Below are positions 1 through 10,048 of a DNA stretch of 64,000 nt, in pieces. Below the pieces are notes generated by a model that had not been told where the DNA came from, searched no databases, and saw only the letters and a list, made by a program, of their open reading frames with translations. The stretch covers positions 7,111 to 71,110 of the forward strand of contig CAZPZY010000001.1 in assembly GCA_964591195.1 (NCBI GenBank), in the 5' to 3' direction. The stretch is from an uncultured Candidatus Saccharibacteria bacterium (GTDB lineage: Bacteria > Patescibacteriota > Minisyncoccia > Minisyncoccales > JAGGSE01). Both the position numbers and the translations under genes were made by a program. Every line of letters starts with the position of its first letter. Position 1 is the first letter of the stretch.

Positions 1-1
1 G

Positions 2-1075
2 GGAATAGAGGTTTATCTTAGTGATGCCAAAGAAGCAAGTCAGGACTATGTCTATAAAATTGTAGGAAGATATTGCCTAGAAGAGATAAAACATCCAAAA
101 ACAAAAAAGATAATTGTAAAAGCCGGAGAAATAATTGATTGGAAGAAAGCCAAAAAGATAAAGGAAGCAGGTATTGAAAAGGTAAGGGTACGTTCTCCTT
201 TGTCCTGCAAGGGAAAAGAAGGAATCTGTCAAAAATGCTACGGATGGGATATGGCTAAAAACGAATTAATTCAGGAAGGTCAAGCGATAGGAATTGTTGC
301 CGCCCAAGCCATTGGGGAACCCGGAACCCAATTGACGCTAAGGACCTTCCATACAGGAGGAGTTGCCGGAAGCGGAGACATCACATCCGGACTACCGCGG
401 GTTCAAGAACTCTTTGAAGCCCGCGTCCCCGGAGGAAAGGCAGAAATCTCTCCTGTTGATGGTAAGATTTTAGAAATCACAAAGAATAGAATTGTCAAGA
501 TTAAAACCAATACGGGCCAGAAGGAAAGGATTGTTGAATACAAAATTCCTCCCAATTTAGCCATTTCAGTAAAACCAGGAGAAAAGATTAAAAAGGGTCA
601 GCCCCTTTGCGAAGGAAATTTAGACCTTAGAGAATTATTTAGGACCTCTGGAAAGGAGGCAGTCCAGAGATATATCATCAAAGAAATTCAAAAGGTTTAT
701 GCTAGTCAGGGAGCGGTCATCCATGATAAGCATATTGAGGTAATTGTTTCTCAGATGTTTTCCCGATTAAAAATTACTGACCCGGGTGATTCGGAATTTC
801 TGCCGGGCGAAATTGTCTCAAAGATAAGGTTTTCTGAAGTCAATAAAGAACTAAGAAAGGAAAAGAAAAAACCAGCGAAGGGCAAACAGATACTGCTGGG
901 CATCACGCCCGTAGCACTGACCACTGATTCCTTTCTTTCGGCTGCCTCCTTCCAGCAAACGCACCGGGTTCTTATCAAGGCCTGTCTTAAAGGCCAAGAG
1001 GATAAACTCCGAGGTCTAAAGGAAAATGTAATTATCGGAAAACTAATACCAGTGGGCACGGGCTTCAAAAAATAA
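2..1075 (+). CDS. rpoC: DNA-directed RNA polymerase beta' subunit, C-terminal part (reading frame open from the window edge; the M at 200 is internal)
   Basis: Frame 2 is open from nt 2 with no stop; motif AIGIVAAQAIGEPGTQLTLRTFHTGGVAG is the canonical bacterial beta' trigger-loop region. Confidence 0.9.
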   Translation, partial: GIEVYLSDAKEASQDYVYKIVGRYCLEEIKHPKTKKIIVKAGEIIDWKKAKKIKEAGIEKVRVRSPLSCKGKEGICQKCYGWDMAKNELIQEGQAIGIVAAQAIGEPGTQLTLRTFHTGGVAGSGDITSGLPRVQELFEARVPGGKAEISPVDGKILEITKNRIVKIKTNTGQKERIVEYKIPPNLAISVKPGEKIKKGQPLCEGNLDLRELFRTSGKEAVQRYIIKEIQKVYASQGAVIHDKHIEVIVSQMFSRLKITDPGDSEFLPGEIVSKIRFSEVNKELRKEKKKPAKGKQILLGITPVALTTDSFLSAASFQQTHRVLIKACLKGQEDKLRGLKENVIIGKLIPVGTGFKK

Positions 1076-1110
1076 TATTTGTCAAAATTAATTCCCAAAT
1101 AATCCAAACA

Positions 1111-3282
1111 GTGACTAAGAAAAAAAACAAATCCCGGAGAAAAAGAGCCAAGGGAATCAATAAAAGCAGAGGCAACAGTCATTTCTTCTCTCTGCCGGAA
1201 GAGATAAAGAAACTGCTCTTGGCGGTTTTGATGTTTCTCTTCTCCATTGTCTTCGGACTTAGTTTTTTTAACCTAGCCGGAATAAGCGGGAAGTTTCTAA
1301 AAAATATATTTGCCCTCCTTGTTGGGAAAACAGTATTCTTGTTCCCCCTAATTTTTTTGCTGGCTGGTCTATCTTTTCTTCACAGCAAGAAAAAACACAT
1401 CTTGCCTTCTCTTCTCCTGGGCTCCTCTCTCATTGCCATCGGGCTTTCGTCTATATTAGAACTCTTAACCCCTGGGACTGGCCAAGGAGGATATTTGGGA
1501 TACCTTGGAACCATATCTGCTAGATTGTTCGGGCCCTGGGTAAGCCAAATTATCTTCGGAACCCTTTTTCTCGCAGGAGGAATAGTGTTTTGGCAGATTC
1601 TCTCACCTGCAATTACGAGAAGAGAAAAAAAACCTCAGCCCGAGAAAAAAGAAACAGAAGAAAAGAAACCGATTATTAAACGGATATTCACCTCCAGCCC
1701 CCCAAAATTAGAACTAAAAGAGATTGAGGCACCACCCCCTCTCCCGGCCATAGAAGCCAAGAAGCCTCCAGAAGAACTAAAGGTAAAGCCACTTATCGAA
1801 TCCAAAGACCTGCTTTATCATCCTCCTCCGCTCAACCTGCTTGAAAAAGAAAGGGAAATTCCCCAAAGCGGCGACATTAAAGCCAATTCCCTGATTATCA
1901 AAAAAACCCTTCAGGACTTTGGCGTCCCAGTAGAGATGGGAGAGGCAAATATTGGACCAACAGTAACCCAATATACCCTAAAACCAGCAGATGGAGTAAA
2001 GTTATCTAAAATTACCGGGCTTGCCAACAACCTCTCTCTTTCTCTGGCCAGTCATCCGATTAGAATTGAAGCCCCTATCCCAGGGAGGTCATTGGTTGGG
2101 ATTGAAGTCCCGAATAAATACAGAGCAAGAATCCGGCTCCGGGATCTTATTTCCTCCCAGGAGTTCCAAAGATCGTCTCCCTTAACCATTGCCCTCGGAC
2201 GAGATGTTGCCGGGACTCCTCTCTATGCCGACCTATCCAGAATGCCCCACCTCTTGATAGCCGGCTCCACTGGTTCAGGCAAGACCCTTTTCTTAAACTC
2301 TCTGATTTTAAGTCTAATTTATCACCCAGCCACAAATCTCAACCCCTTCGGAGGCGGCCCTGAGATACTGCGGTTTATCCTTGTTGACCCAAAAAGGGTA
2401 GAATTCCCGGTTTATAACGACCTACCCCATCTTTTATTCCCAGTTATCTGCAAGCCAGACCTGACTGTTAACGCCCTAAGGTGGACAATATCGGAAATGG
2501 AAAGAAGGTTTGATATTCTTTCAGAAGCAAGGGCAAGGGATATCATAGGTTATAATAAATTAATAGCGAGAAAAAAGACATTAGAGCCGCTGCCCTACAT
2601 CGTTTTAATCATTGACGAACTGGCTGACCTAATGGCAGCAAAGGGAAAGGAAATGGAAGCAGGAATTGTCAGAATAGCCCAGATGGCAAGGGCAGTGGGA
2701 ATTCATTTGGTCTTGGCAACCCAAAGACCCTCAGTGGAGGTGATCACCGGACTAATCAAAACAAACATTACCAGCCGAATTGCCCTCCAGGTCGCCTCCC
2801 AGGTTGACTCACGGACCATCTTAGATATGGCAGGAGCAGAAAAACTCCTGGGCCGAGGGGATATGCTTTTTATCTCGGCTGAAACATCAAAGCCAAAAAG
2901 GATTCAGGCCCCCTATATTTCAGAAAAAGAGGTAAAAAAAATAGCAGAATATATAAAACTGAATGTGAAAAGTCCAAAATGGCAGGTGCCGGAAGAGGAA
3001 TTAACCGAGGATTCTTCTCTCCCAGAATTAGCCAAGACTTCTTCTCCCGCAGATTCATCAGCAGAAGATCCTCTTTATGAGGAGGCGAAAAAGACAGTTC
3101 TTGAATCAAAAAGGGCATCAGCGTCTCTTTTGCAACGCCGTTTAAGAATCGGCTATGCCAGAGCGGCCCGGCTTCTTGATATGCTTGAGGAAGAAGGAAT
3201 AGTCGGACCAGCCCGGGGAGCAAAGCCAAGAGAGATCTTCTCTCCTCCAGAAGAAGAAAACGAAGAATGGAAAAAGGTATAA
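1111..3282 (+). CDS. ftsK: DNA translocase FtsK/SpoIIIE (N-terminal TM helices, AAA+ motor, C-terminal gamma winged helix)
   Basis: Walker A LIAGSTGSGKT; HLVLATQRPSVEVITGLIKTN...RIALQVAS FtsK signature; C-terminal SLLQRRLRIGYARAARLLDMLEEEGIVGP gamma domain. Confidence 0.9.
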   Translation: MTKKKNKSRRKRAKGINKSRGNSHFFSLPEEIKKLLLAVLMFLFSIVFGLSFFNLAGISGKFLKNIFALLVGKTVFLFPLIFLLAGLSFLHSKKKHILPSLLLGSSLIAIGLSSILELLTPGTGQGGYLGYLGTISARLFGPWVSQIIFGTLFLAGGIVFWQILSPAITRREKKPQPEKKETEEKKPIIKRIFTSSPPKLELKEIEAPPPLPAIEAKKPPEELKVKPLIESKDLLYHPPPLNLLEKEREIPQSGDIKANSLIIKKTLQDFGVPVEMGEANIGPTVTQYTLKPADGVKLSKITGLANNLSLSLASHPIRIEAPIPGRSLVGIEVPNKYRARIRLRDLISSQEFQRSSPLTIALGRDVAGTPLYADLSRMPHLLIAGSTGSGKTLFLNSLILSLIYHPATNLNPFGGGPEILRFILVDPKRVEFPVYNDLPHLLFPVICKPDLTVNALRWTISEMERRFDILSEARARDIIGYNKLIARKKTLEPLPYIVLIIDELADLMAAKGKEMEAGIVRIAQMARAVGIHLVLATQRPSVEVITGLIKTNITSRIALQVASQVDSRTILDMAGAEKLLGRGDMLFISAETSKPKRIQAPYISEKEVKKIAEYIKLNVKSPKWQVPEEELTEDSSLPELAKTSSPADSSAEDPLYEEAKKTVLESKRASASLLQRRLRIGYARAARLLDMLEEEGIVGPARGAKPREIFSPPEEENEEWKKV

Positions 3283-4871
3283 ATCCTCCTTCAGAAGAGA
3301 TAATCAAAAATCTGCTAAAAAGGGGGACTAAGGTAAACCTGTCTCTACTTAAAAGAAAGATAGCCCAAAAATATGGAGTTTCCTGTCCAAGCAATATTGA
3401 ACTGCTGAAATCCTACCATAGATTGGTCAAAAGGAAAAAGATAAAAGAATCTCCAGAAGTTGAAAGGTTGCTACGCACCCGACCCATCCGCTCCCAATCC
3501 GGCATTGTTAATGTTTCAGTACTCACCAAGCCCTATCCCTGTCCAGGGCATTGCCTCTACTGCCCCTTCCAAGAAGGTATGCCCAAAAGTTATCTAAGGG
3601 GAGAGCCAGCGGCTGAAAGAGCAAAACGTCTAAATTTCAATCCCTATTATCAAACCAAAAAGCGGCTGGACTCTCTCCAAGCCCAAGGCCATCCCACTGA
3701 CAAGGTTGAGTTAAGAATAGTCGGAGGAACCTGGTCCTATTATCCAAAACAATACCAATCCTGGTTTGTCAAAGAATGCTTCCGGGCAGCAAACAATTCA
3801 AGAAAAACTAGGCAGGACCTAAAAACAGTCCAGAAAAGAAACGAAGTAGCAAAACAGAGAATTGTGGGCTTGTCCATTGAGACCCGTCCTGATTTTATCA
3901 ACAGCAAAGAAATTAAATGGTTAAGAAAGCTGGGGGTAACCCTGGTGGAACTGGGAGTGCAATCAATCTATGATGATGTCTTGAAATTGGTCAAAAGAGG
4001 TCATGGAAGAAGGGAGATAATTTTAGCCACAAAACTGCTTAAAGACGCCGGCTTTAAGGTGCTCTATCAAATGATGCCAAACCTGCCCGGCTCCAATCTC
4101 AAGAAAGATGAAAAAATGTTTGAAGAACTCTTTCAGGGTCCAGACTTCCAGCCAGACTACCTAAAGATATATCCCTGCGCCCTATTGAAGGAAGCGCCCC
4201 TTTACAGATATTATTTAGAAAAAAAATACAAGCCCTATTCAAAAGAGGAATTAATCCTTCTTCTTCAAAAAATCAAGCAAAAAATTCCTCCCTATGTCAG
4301 AATCCAAAGAATTGGCAGGGATATTCCCTCCTCGTACATTGTTGAGGGCGGAGCAAGGGCCTCAAATCTAAGACAATTGGTTCAGGAAAAGATGAAAAAA
4401 GAAGGAAATGCCTGTCTTTGTATCCGCTGTCGGGAGGTCAAAGAGAATTATAATCCTAAAGAAAAATTGTACCTATATCGCTGCGACTACCGATCATCAG
4501 AGGGGAAAGACATATTTCTGAGCATTGAAAACAAAAAGAGAACAAAACTCTTCAGTTTTTTAAGACTACGAATTCCTTCGTTTTACTTCAAAAGGGGAAA
4601 GGCGATATTCAGGGTTTTAGAAAACTCGGCAATTATCAGGGAGATTCAAACAATGGGGCAATCAACCCCTATTGGCAAAACCTGGGCCTCCCCCCAACAT
4701 AGAGGCCTGGGGAAAAAACTGATAAAGGAAGCAGAAAAGATTGCCCAAAAAGAGTTTGAGATAAAAAAAATTGCCGCTATCTCAGGAGTGGGAGCAAGAA
4801 ATTATTGGAGAAAACTGGGATTTAGACTAAAAGACACCTATATGGTCCGGTTTTTATCTCCGAGGACCTGA
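3267..4871 (+). CDS. elp3: Elp3-family radical SAM / GNAT acetyltransferase (tRNA-modification type)
   Basis: CPGHCLYCPFQEGMPKSYLRGEP matches the Elp3 rSAM signature (C..YCP...SY.G.EP); C-terminal GNAT motif QHRGLGKKL. Confidence 0.8.
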   Translation: MEKGINPPSEEIIKNLLKRGTKVNLSLLKRKIAQKYGVSCPSNIELLKSYHRLVKRKKIKESPEVERLLRTRPIRSQSGIVNVSVLTKPYPCPGHCLYCPFQEGMPKSYLRGEPAAERAKRLNFNPYYQTKKRLDSLQAQGHPTDKVELRIVGGTWSYYPKQYQSWFVKECFRAANNSRKTRQDLKTVQKRNEVAKQRIVGLSIETRPDFINSKEIKWLRKLGVTLVELGVQSIYDDVLKLVKRGHGRREIILATKLLKDAGFKVLYQMMPNLPGSNLKKDEKMFEELFQGPDFQPDYLKIYPCALLKEAPLYRYYLEKKYKPYSKEELILLLQKIKQKIPPYVRIQRIGRDIPSSYIVEGGARASNLRQLVQEKMKKEGNACLCIRCREVKENYNPKEKLYLYRCDYRSSEGKDIFLSIENKKRTKLFSFLRLRIPSFYFKRGKAIFRVLENSAIIREIQTMGQSTPIGKTWASPQHRGLGKKLIKEAEKIAQKEFEIKKIAAISGVGARNYWRKLGFRLKDTYMVRFLSPRT

Positions 4872-4887
4872 TTTTTTTCGCAGTTCT

Positions 4888-5784
4888 CTAATCTCTCTTG
4901 TTAAGTTTCCCGACTATATCTTCTCTCATATCTATAACTGCCTGCCTGGCTGCCAGATAAAACTCTTTTGGAGGAAATCTTTTTTTGTAGGGATTATTTC
5001 TGTAGGAAAAAATTATTCCTCGTGAACTATTTATAATTGCTCCTTTGCCTTCTTTGTCAAAGGCAAAAACAACATCTTTTGCCGAGCCCCCCTGGGCTCC
5101 ATAGCCGGGTAGCAAAAAGATGCTTCTTGGCATAATTTTTCTTAATTTCTTTATCTCCTGAGGATAGGTTGCTCCCACAACCGCCCCGACTATCCCGTAG
5201 CCCAATTCTCCCTCTGTTCCTTTGTTCCACTCGTTTATTTTTTCTCCCACTACCTCATACAACCTCTTGCCGTTTCTCATTTTCAGGTCCTGAAAATCAG
5301 CCGAGGAGGGATTTGATGTCTTTGTTAAAACAAAAAGTCCCTTGCCCTGGCTTTTTGCCACCTCAACAAACGGTTCTAAAGAGTCCCAACCAAGATAGGG
5401 ATTAACAGTTAGAGCGTCCACATCAAGCCCTTCTTTGGAAAGATATGCCTGACAATAGGCCTGAGCAGTTGAGCCAATATCATTTCTTTTGGCATCAACA
5501 ATTATTATCTTCTTTTTCTTTTTTAAATAAGAAATTGTTCTCTCCAGAGCCCTAAATCCCTTGCTGCCATAGACCTCATAAAAGGCAACCTGAACCTTAT
5601 AAACAGCAACCAGGTCAAATGTGGCGTCAATAATTTTTTTGTTGAAATTAAAAAGCGCCTGGGGTTTGTCCGAGCTCTTGAGAAAATCAGGAAGAAGTTC
5701 AAATCTCGGGTCCAGCCCTACACAACTGGGATTTTTCAACTTTCTTATTTGACCTAAAAGATGGTCGGCAAAATTTTTAGGCAT
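4888..5784 (-). CDS. pyrF: orotidine 5'-phosphate decarboxylase (long/type-2 form)
   Basis: IIIVDAKRNDIGSTAQ fits the OMP decarboxylase D-x-K-x-x-D-I-x-x-T catalytic motif; ~300 aa. Confidence 0.75.
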   Translation of the reverse strand: MPKNFADHLLGQIRKLKNPSCVGLDPRFELLPDFLKSSDKPQALFNFNKKIIDATFDLVAVYKVQVAFYEVYGSKGFRALERTISYLKKKKKIIIVDAKRNDIGSTAQAYCQAYLSKEGLDVDALTVNPYLGWDSLEPFVEVAKSQGKGLFVLTKTSNPSSADFQDLKMRNGKRLYEVVGEKINEWNKGTEGELGYGIVGAVVGATYPQEIKKLRKIMPRSIFLLPGYGAQGGSAKDVVFAFDKEGKGAIINSSRGIIFSYRNNPYKKRFPPKEFYLAARQAVIDMREDIVGKLNKRD

Positions 5785-5838
5785 AGGTTTAAACAGGTCT
5801 TGACCACCTTTGCAGAAAAAGCCCTAATAGATGCCTGC

Positions 5839-6969
5839 CTAATCGGTCCTCCTTAATATATGAACCGTGATGCTTCCACCTGTGCCGCCAATGTTGTGGC
5901 ACAAGCCGATTTTAGGAACAGGCCTTACCTGCCTACTTCCACACTTGCCCCTTAACTGGTTTACAATCTCATAAATCTGGGCAAGACCGGTAGGAGAAAT
6001 AGGATGGCCCTTTGCCTTCAGTCCTCCTGATGGATTTACCGGCAGACTACCCTCCAGATTTACTATCCCCTTTCTAATAAGTTCTGCTCCTTTCCCAGGT
6101 GGAGCAAAGCCCAGGTCTTCATAAGAGAACAACTCAACCGAGGTAAAGGCGTCATGGACCTCTGCTACCTGAACATCTCTTGCCTGGATATTTGCCTGAC
6201 GATAGGCAATTTCAGCCGCTATCTTGGTTGCCACAAAATGCCAGGGCTCTTCTCTATTAAATGTCATTATGTAGTCCGTGGCAAACCCAGAGCCAGCCAC
6301 CTCAATATCTGTCTTCTCTTGGCTCAGAACCACTGCTGCTCCACCATTGACTGAGAGGGAACAATCAAAAAGCCGAAAGGGCGAAGAAACCACTGGCGAG
6401 TTTTTTATTTTTTCTAAAGAAACCGGCCTTTTATAATAATATGCCTTGGGATTTTGAACAGCATTTTGATGATTTTTGAAGGCAATCAGGGCAAGGTCAT
6501 CCATTGTTGCCCCATATTTTTGGGCGTAAAGTTGCCAAACCAAGGCATTTCCCACCGGAAACAGAAGCCCCTCTTTTTGCTCAATCTCTCTTTCCTGGGC
6601 AGACAAAATCCGGTGAACAGTAACCTGGCTTTTATTATCAACCACCTTCTCTCCTGAACAAACAAGTATGTTCTTAAATCCCTTAAGATGAAGCGCTGTC
6701 CAGAAAGCCACCCCGCCACCACTACAGACAGAAGGTGTCTGAATAATCGGGCAGTGGGTCTTAAAAAGGTCGGACAAAAAAGAGGTCTTATGGGTCTGGT
6801 GTTCCTCTTGCCCGTCAGCGCTTTCCATCCCACTAAAAATAACAAGGTCAATATCGGAAATTTTCATCCCGGCATCTTCCAAGGCCTCCATTGCCGCCTC
6901 ATAACAAAACCCCCACCAGGGCTTTTGGGAATAATCAAATCTGGTCATCCCCACACCTTTAATATACAT
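5839..6969 (-). CDS. thiolase-fold acetyl-CoA C-acetyltransferase (archaeal-type acetoacetyl-CoA thiolase); likely true start at MYIKGVGMTRF
   Basis: Thiolase-like condensing-enzyme sequence with GVGMTRF N-terminus typical of archaeal-type thiolases; sits immediately downstream of HMG-CoA synthase. Confidence 0.7.
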   Translation of the reverse strand: MYIKGVGMTRFDYSQKPWWGFCYEAAMEALEDAGMKISDIDLVIFSGMESADGQEEHQTHKTSFLSDLFKTHCPIIQTPSVCSGGGVAFWTALHLKGFKNILVCSGEKVVDNKSQVTVHRILSAQEREIEQKEGLLFPVGNALVWQLYAQKYGATMDDLALIAFKNHQNAVQNPKAYYYKRPVSLEKIKNSPVVSSPFRLFDCSLSVNGGAAVVLSQEKTDIEVAGSGFATDYIMTFNREEPWHFVATKIAAEIAYRQANIQARDVQVAEVHDAFTSVELFSYEDLGFAPPGKGAELIRKGIVNLEGSLPVNPSGGLKAKGHPISPTGLAQIYEIVNQLRGKCGSRQVRPVPKIGLCHNIGGTGGSITVHILRRTD

Positions 6970-6970
6970 A

Positions 6971-8164
6971 CTAACTAATTGCGATTTGGGATTCCCTCCA
7001 TTTTTGGTACTCCTCAAAGGTTAATTTTTCTCCTTTCTCTAACTGCTCTTTTAGGTCGCTTTTAAATCCCTCTGACTGGGAGACCGCTCTTAGACAGATA
7101 GCCCCTGCCCCGCTTCCATAGCCCGACATTCCGAGTTGCTGCCCTTCTTTTATTTCTTCCAATATGGCAATTAAGGAGATGAAAATTGAACAGGTGTAGG
7201 AGTTTCCAATGTAGGGATTGTATTTCAGCCCGGGCCTGACCTTCTTTTCAAAAAAAGCCTGAAATTCCGGCAATGACCTTACCCGGTCAAGGTCCTTCTT
7301 GTATTCCTTGAACAATCCAGGATTCTCCAGGCACTGACTCAAGCGAAGATGGGGCTTCTCTTTCAAATTCTCGTGCCTCCAAAAAACAGCAGATGCCCAT
7401 TCGGTCATTTTTGGGAAGGGGGTATGCATAACAAAGAAATCAGCGGCTTGAACAAGGGTCTTCCCTCCCAGTGTTTTCAATAAATCTTGATTGTTCCTTT
7501 CCCAGTCCTCAAGGGCAAACTTCTGACAGCCAAGATAAGCCGACTTTGTTAGTTGGCCATTTACCTGGGGAAAGGGAAAAGAAGGGGCTGGTACCCTAAA
7601 GTCATCAACATCAGCGGCATACTGGCCTATATTTTCGTAATCAACCTCTAAAAGTTTCGGGTTAACCTCTACACGCATAGCCACAGCGGCACACCCTTGG
7701 GTCATTTCTGCTGCTGGGTTTGTTTCAGGGTAGATTGAACGGTCAAGAGCCAAGACAATGGCCGGCTTTCCCCTGTTGGCAACAGAGTATTCACAAGCAG
7801 AAATAAGAGCCTCTACCCCTCCCAGACAGGCAAACTTATATTGAAAAGGCAGTCTGGTTAGTCCAAGTTTCTTATTAATAAGCCGGACTCCAAATGGCTT
7901 AGAAAGGTCAGGGTCTGATTCGGTGGCAATAAAAAACCTTTCCACATCCTTATAGTCAATCTTCTTAAGAGCCTCAGCCGCTAGGTCCTCAACCCTCTCT
8001 TGATAGGGAATACGTGCCTGAAAAACGCCCAGCCCCTCGGTAGCGTAGGTTGAAGGAATGTTCCTAATCTTGGTCAGTTCTTCTAAAGACAAAAAATACC
8101 GGGGAATGGCCACGCTGATTTGAGATATTCCAACCGAAGGGATATCGGCTTTTTTTTCTGTCAT
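6971..8164 (-). CDS. mvaS: hydroxymethylglutaryl-CoA synthase
   Basis: Active-site region KFACLGGVEAL and C-terminal NSYTCSIFISLIAIL resemble HMGS (ACYAG...N.YT.S.Y..L.SLL). Confidence 0.8.
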   Translation of the reverse strand: MTEKKADIPSVGISQISVAIPRYFLSLEELTKIRNIPSTYATEGLGVFQARIPYQERVEDLAAEALKKIDYKDVERFFIATESDPDLSKPFGVRLINKKLGLTRLPFQYKFACLGGVEALISACEYSVANRGKPAIVLALDRSIYPETNPAAEMTQGCAAVAMRVEVNPKLLEVDYENIGQYAADVDDFRVPAPSFPFPQVNGQLTKSAYLGCQKFALEDWERNNQDLLKTLGGKTLVQAADFFVMHTPFPKMTEWASAVFWRHENLKEKPHLRLSQCLENPGLFKEYKKDLDRVRSLPEFQAFFEKKVRPGLKYNPYIGNSYTCSIFISLIAILEEIKEGQQLGMSGYGSGAGAICLRAVSQSEGFKSDLKEQLEKGEKLTFEEYQKWRESQIAIS

Positions 8165-8221
8165 AATCTATATTTTAACACATATTGCCAAAAAGACAAT
8201 TAAGAATTACAATAAGAAACA

Positions 8222-9223
8222 ATGAAGGCAACTGCCATAGCCAATGCCAATATCGCTCTAATAAAATACTGGGGGAAAAGAGATGAAAATCTATTTCTGC
8301 CCCAAAACAGCAACATCAGCTTAACAACCGACTGCCTCTCGGTCAAAACAACTGTTGAGTTTTCTTCAAGAAACAAAAAGGATATTTTAATCTTGAACAA
8401 CCGGAATTATCCCCCCAGTTCAAAGGAATATAAAAGGTATCTTAAACCATTTTTGGATAAAATAAGAAAGCTTGCTGGAACAAAGAGAAAAATTAAGATA
8501 GTCAGCCAAAGCAATTTTCCAAAGGGAGCCGGACTGGCTTCATCTGCCGCTGGCTTTGCTGCCCTGACTGCCGCAATAAATGAAGCCCTGGGTCTTGGGC
8601 TAAACGAAAGAGAAATGAGTATTTTGGCAAGACAGGGCTCTGGCTCTGCCTGCCGCTCAATCTATGGCGGTTTTGTAGAGTGGCGAAGAGGCAAAAAAGA
8701 TGATGGTTCTGACTCCTTTGCTCTTCAGATAGCCCCAGCAGATTATTGGCCAGATATTCGGATGGTCATTTGTCTTACCTCAAGAAAAGAAAAAAAGGTC
8801 AGTTCAAGAGAGGGAATGGCTCAAACAGTAAAAACCTGCCCCTTTTATCCCTGCTGGCTAAAGACAATTGACAAAGATATTAAAATCGCCAAAAGGGCAA
8901 TAAAAAATCGGGATATATCCCTGCTTGGCAAAATATCCGAGGAAAACTGCCTTAAGATGCATGCCTTGATGATAACTACAAAACCACCTATTATCTACTG
9001 GAATGAAAAAACAATTGCTTTTATCCATAAGATAAGAGAACTCCGTGAAAGGGGACTAAAATGCTATTTTACCATTGATGCTGGGCCCCAGGTAAAAATT
9101 TTATGTGAGAAAAAAGACCTGAAAGAATTGATTAAGGAGATTAAGAGGATGTCAGGAATTAAAAATGTAATAATAACAAGACCCGGCCCAGGTGTCGAAA
9201 TTAGTAAAAGCCACTTGTTTTAG
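8222..9223 (+). CDS. mvaD: diphosphomevalonate decarboxylase
   Basis: NIALIKYWGKRDENLFLP and GLASSAAGFAALTAAI are hallmark MVD / GHMP motifs. Confidence 0.9.
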   Translation: MKATAIANANIALIKYWGKRDENLFLPQNSNISLTTDCLSVKTTVEFSSRNKKDILILNNRNYPPSSKEYKRYLKPFLDKIRKLAGTKRKIKIVSQSNFPKGAGLASSAAGFAALTAAINEALGLGLNEREMSILARQGSGSACRSIYGGFVEWRRGKKDDGSDSFALQIAPADYWPDIRMVICLTSRKEKKVSSREGMAQTVKTCPFYPCWLKTIDKDIKIAKRAIKNRDISLLGKISEENCLKMHALMITTKPPIIYWNEKTIAFIHKIRELRERGLKCYFTIDAGPQVKILCEKKDLKELIKEIKRMSGIKNVIITRPGPGVEISKSHLF

Positions 9224-9908
9224 ACCCTTCTTTTTCCGTATTATTTCTCTGGCTTTTCAACTCCTTTTCCCATTCCTTTATCTGCTTATTTAATTTCTGC
9301 GGGACCCTCTTTTTTTCCTCTTCACTCCCCGCCAGGGATTGTTCCCATGCTTTCAATCTTCCTTTTATCTTGTCTCGTGTATTCCTAATTTCTTGCTTTT
9401 CTATCTCTGAGGATGATCTATTTTCATAGCCCAGTATCTCTGCCTTAAGAACCAAATACAAAAACCTTCTCAGATACTCCCTTTGTTTTTCCCTTTGAAT
9501 TCTGACCTCTTCAGTAAATCCTCTTACTCTCCCGCCTGACCTGATGATTCTCTCACGTAGACTAAGTGCCCTGGTTAGAGTCATAATCCCTCTCCGGATT
9601 TCTTCCCCTCCCTGCTCGAGAATACCATCTCTTCTCATTTTTATCCCCTCATCAATTAGTTTCCCACCCGCTTTTTCAAGCCACTCAATTCTACATTCGG
9701 CTTCCTTCCAAAAAATATCTATTCTCGTCGGTGGTGTCTCTATATTTATCCTTTCTATATCACTCTCTACGGACTCCAGGCCTGAAAACCCCTTATCCAA
9801 TAATTCCTCAGGTGTTTCCTCTGGGCTTGTTTCCATCCTTGGGCTTCTTTCTCTTCTCGTTTCCCTCATATTATCACCTATTTTATCTTTATTAAGCCAG
9901 GAAGTCAA
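9201..9908 (-). CDS. hypothetical highly charged (E/K/R-rich) coiled-coil protein
   Basis: 235-aa ORF; composition typical of this genome; the overlapping plus-strand ORF 9544..9987 has S/L/P-rich antisense-like composition. Confidence 0.4.
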   Translation of the reverse strand: MTSWLNKDKIGDNMRETRRERSPRMETSPEETPEELLDKGFSGLESVESDIERINIETPPTRIDIFWKEAECRIEWLEKAGGKLIDEGIKMRRDGILEQGGEEIRRGIMTLTRALSLRERIIRSGGRVRGFTEEVRIQREKQREYLRRFLYLVLKAEILGYENRSSSEIEKQEIRNTRDKIKGRLKAWEQSLAGSEEEKKRVPQKLNKQIKEWEKELKSQRNNTEKEGSKTSGFY

Positions 9909-10048
9909 ACTATACAGGTCAATCTTGGGAGTAAGCCCTAATAAAAGTTCAAACCCTAAAATGACAATCCAAAATTCAAAATCCTAAATCACATTCTTTC
10001 ATATTTTAGGATCTTCCTTAATCTTCAAGAATATGTTAAAAAAAGAGA

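Noticed and set aside
751-1182. Antisense or overlapping ORFs inside well-supported genes (e.g. 751..1182 -, 9544..9987 +, 21942..22358 +, 27309..27626 -, 62796..63116 +)
   Set aside because: They overlap confidently identified genes on the opposite strand. Their S/L/P/F-rich composition is typical of reading K/E-rich genes in antisense.
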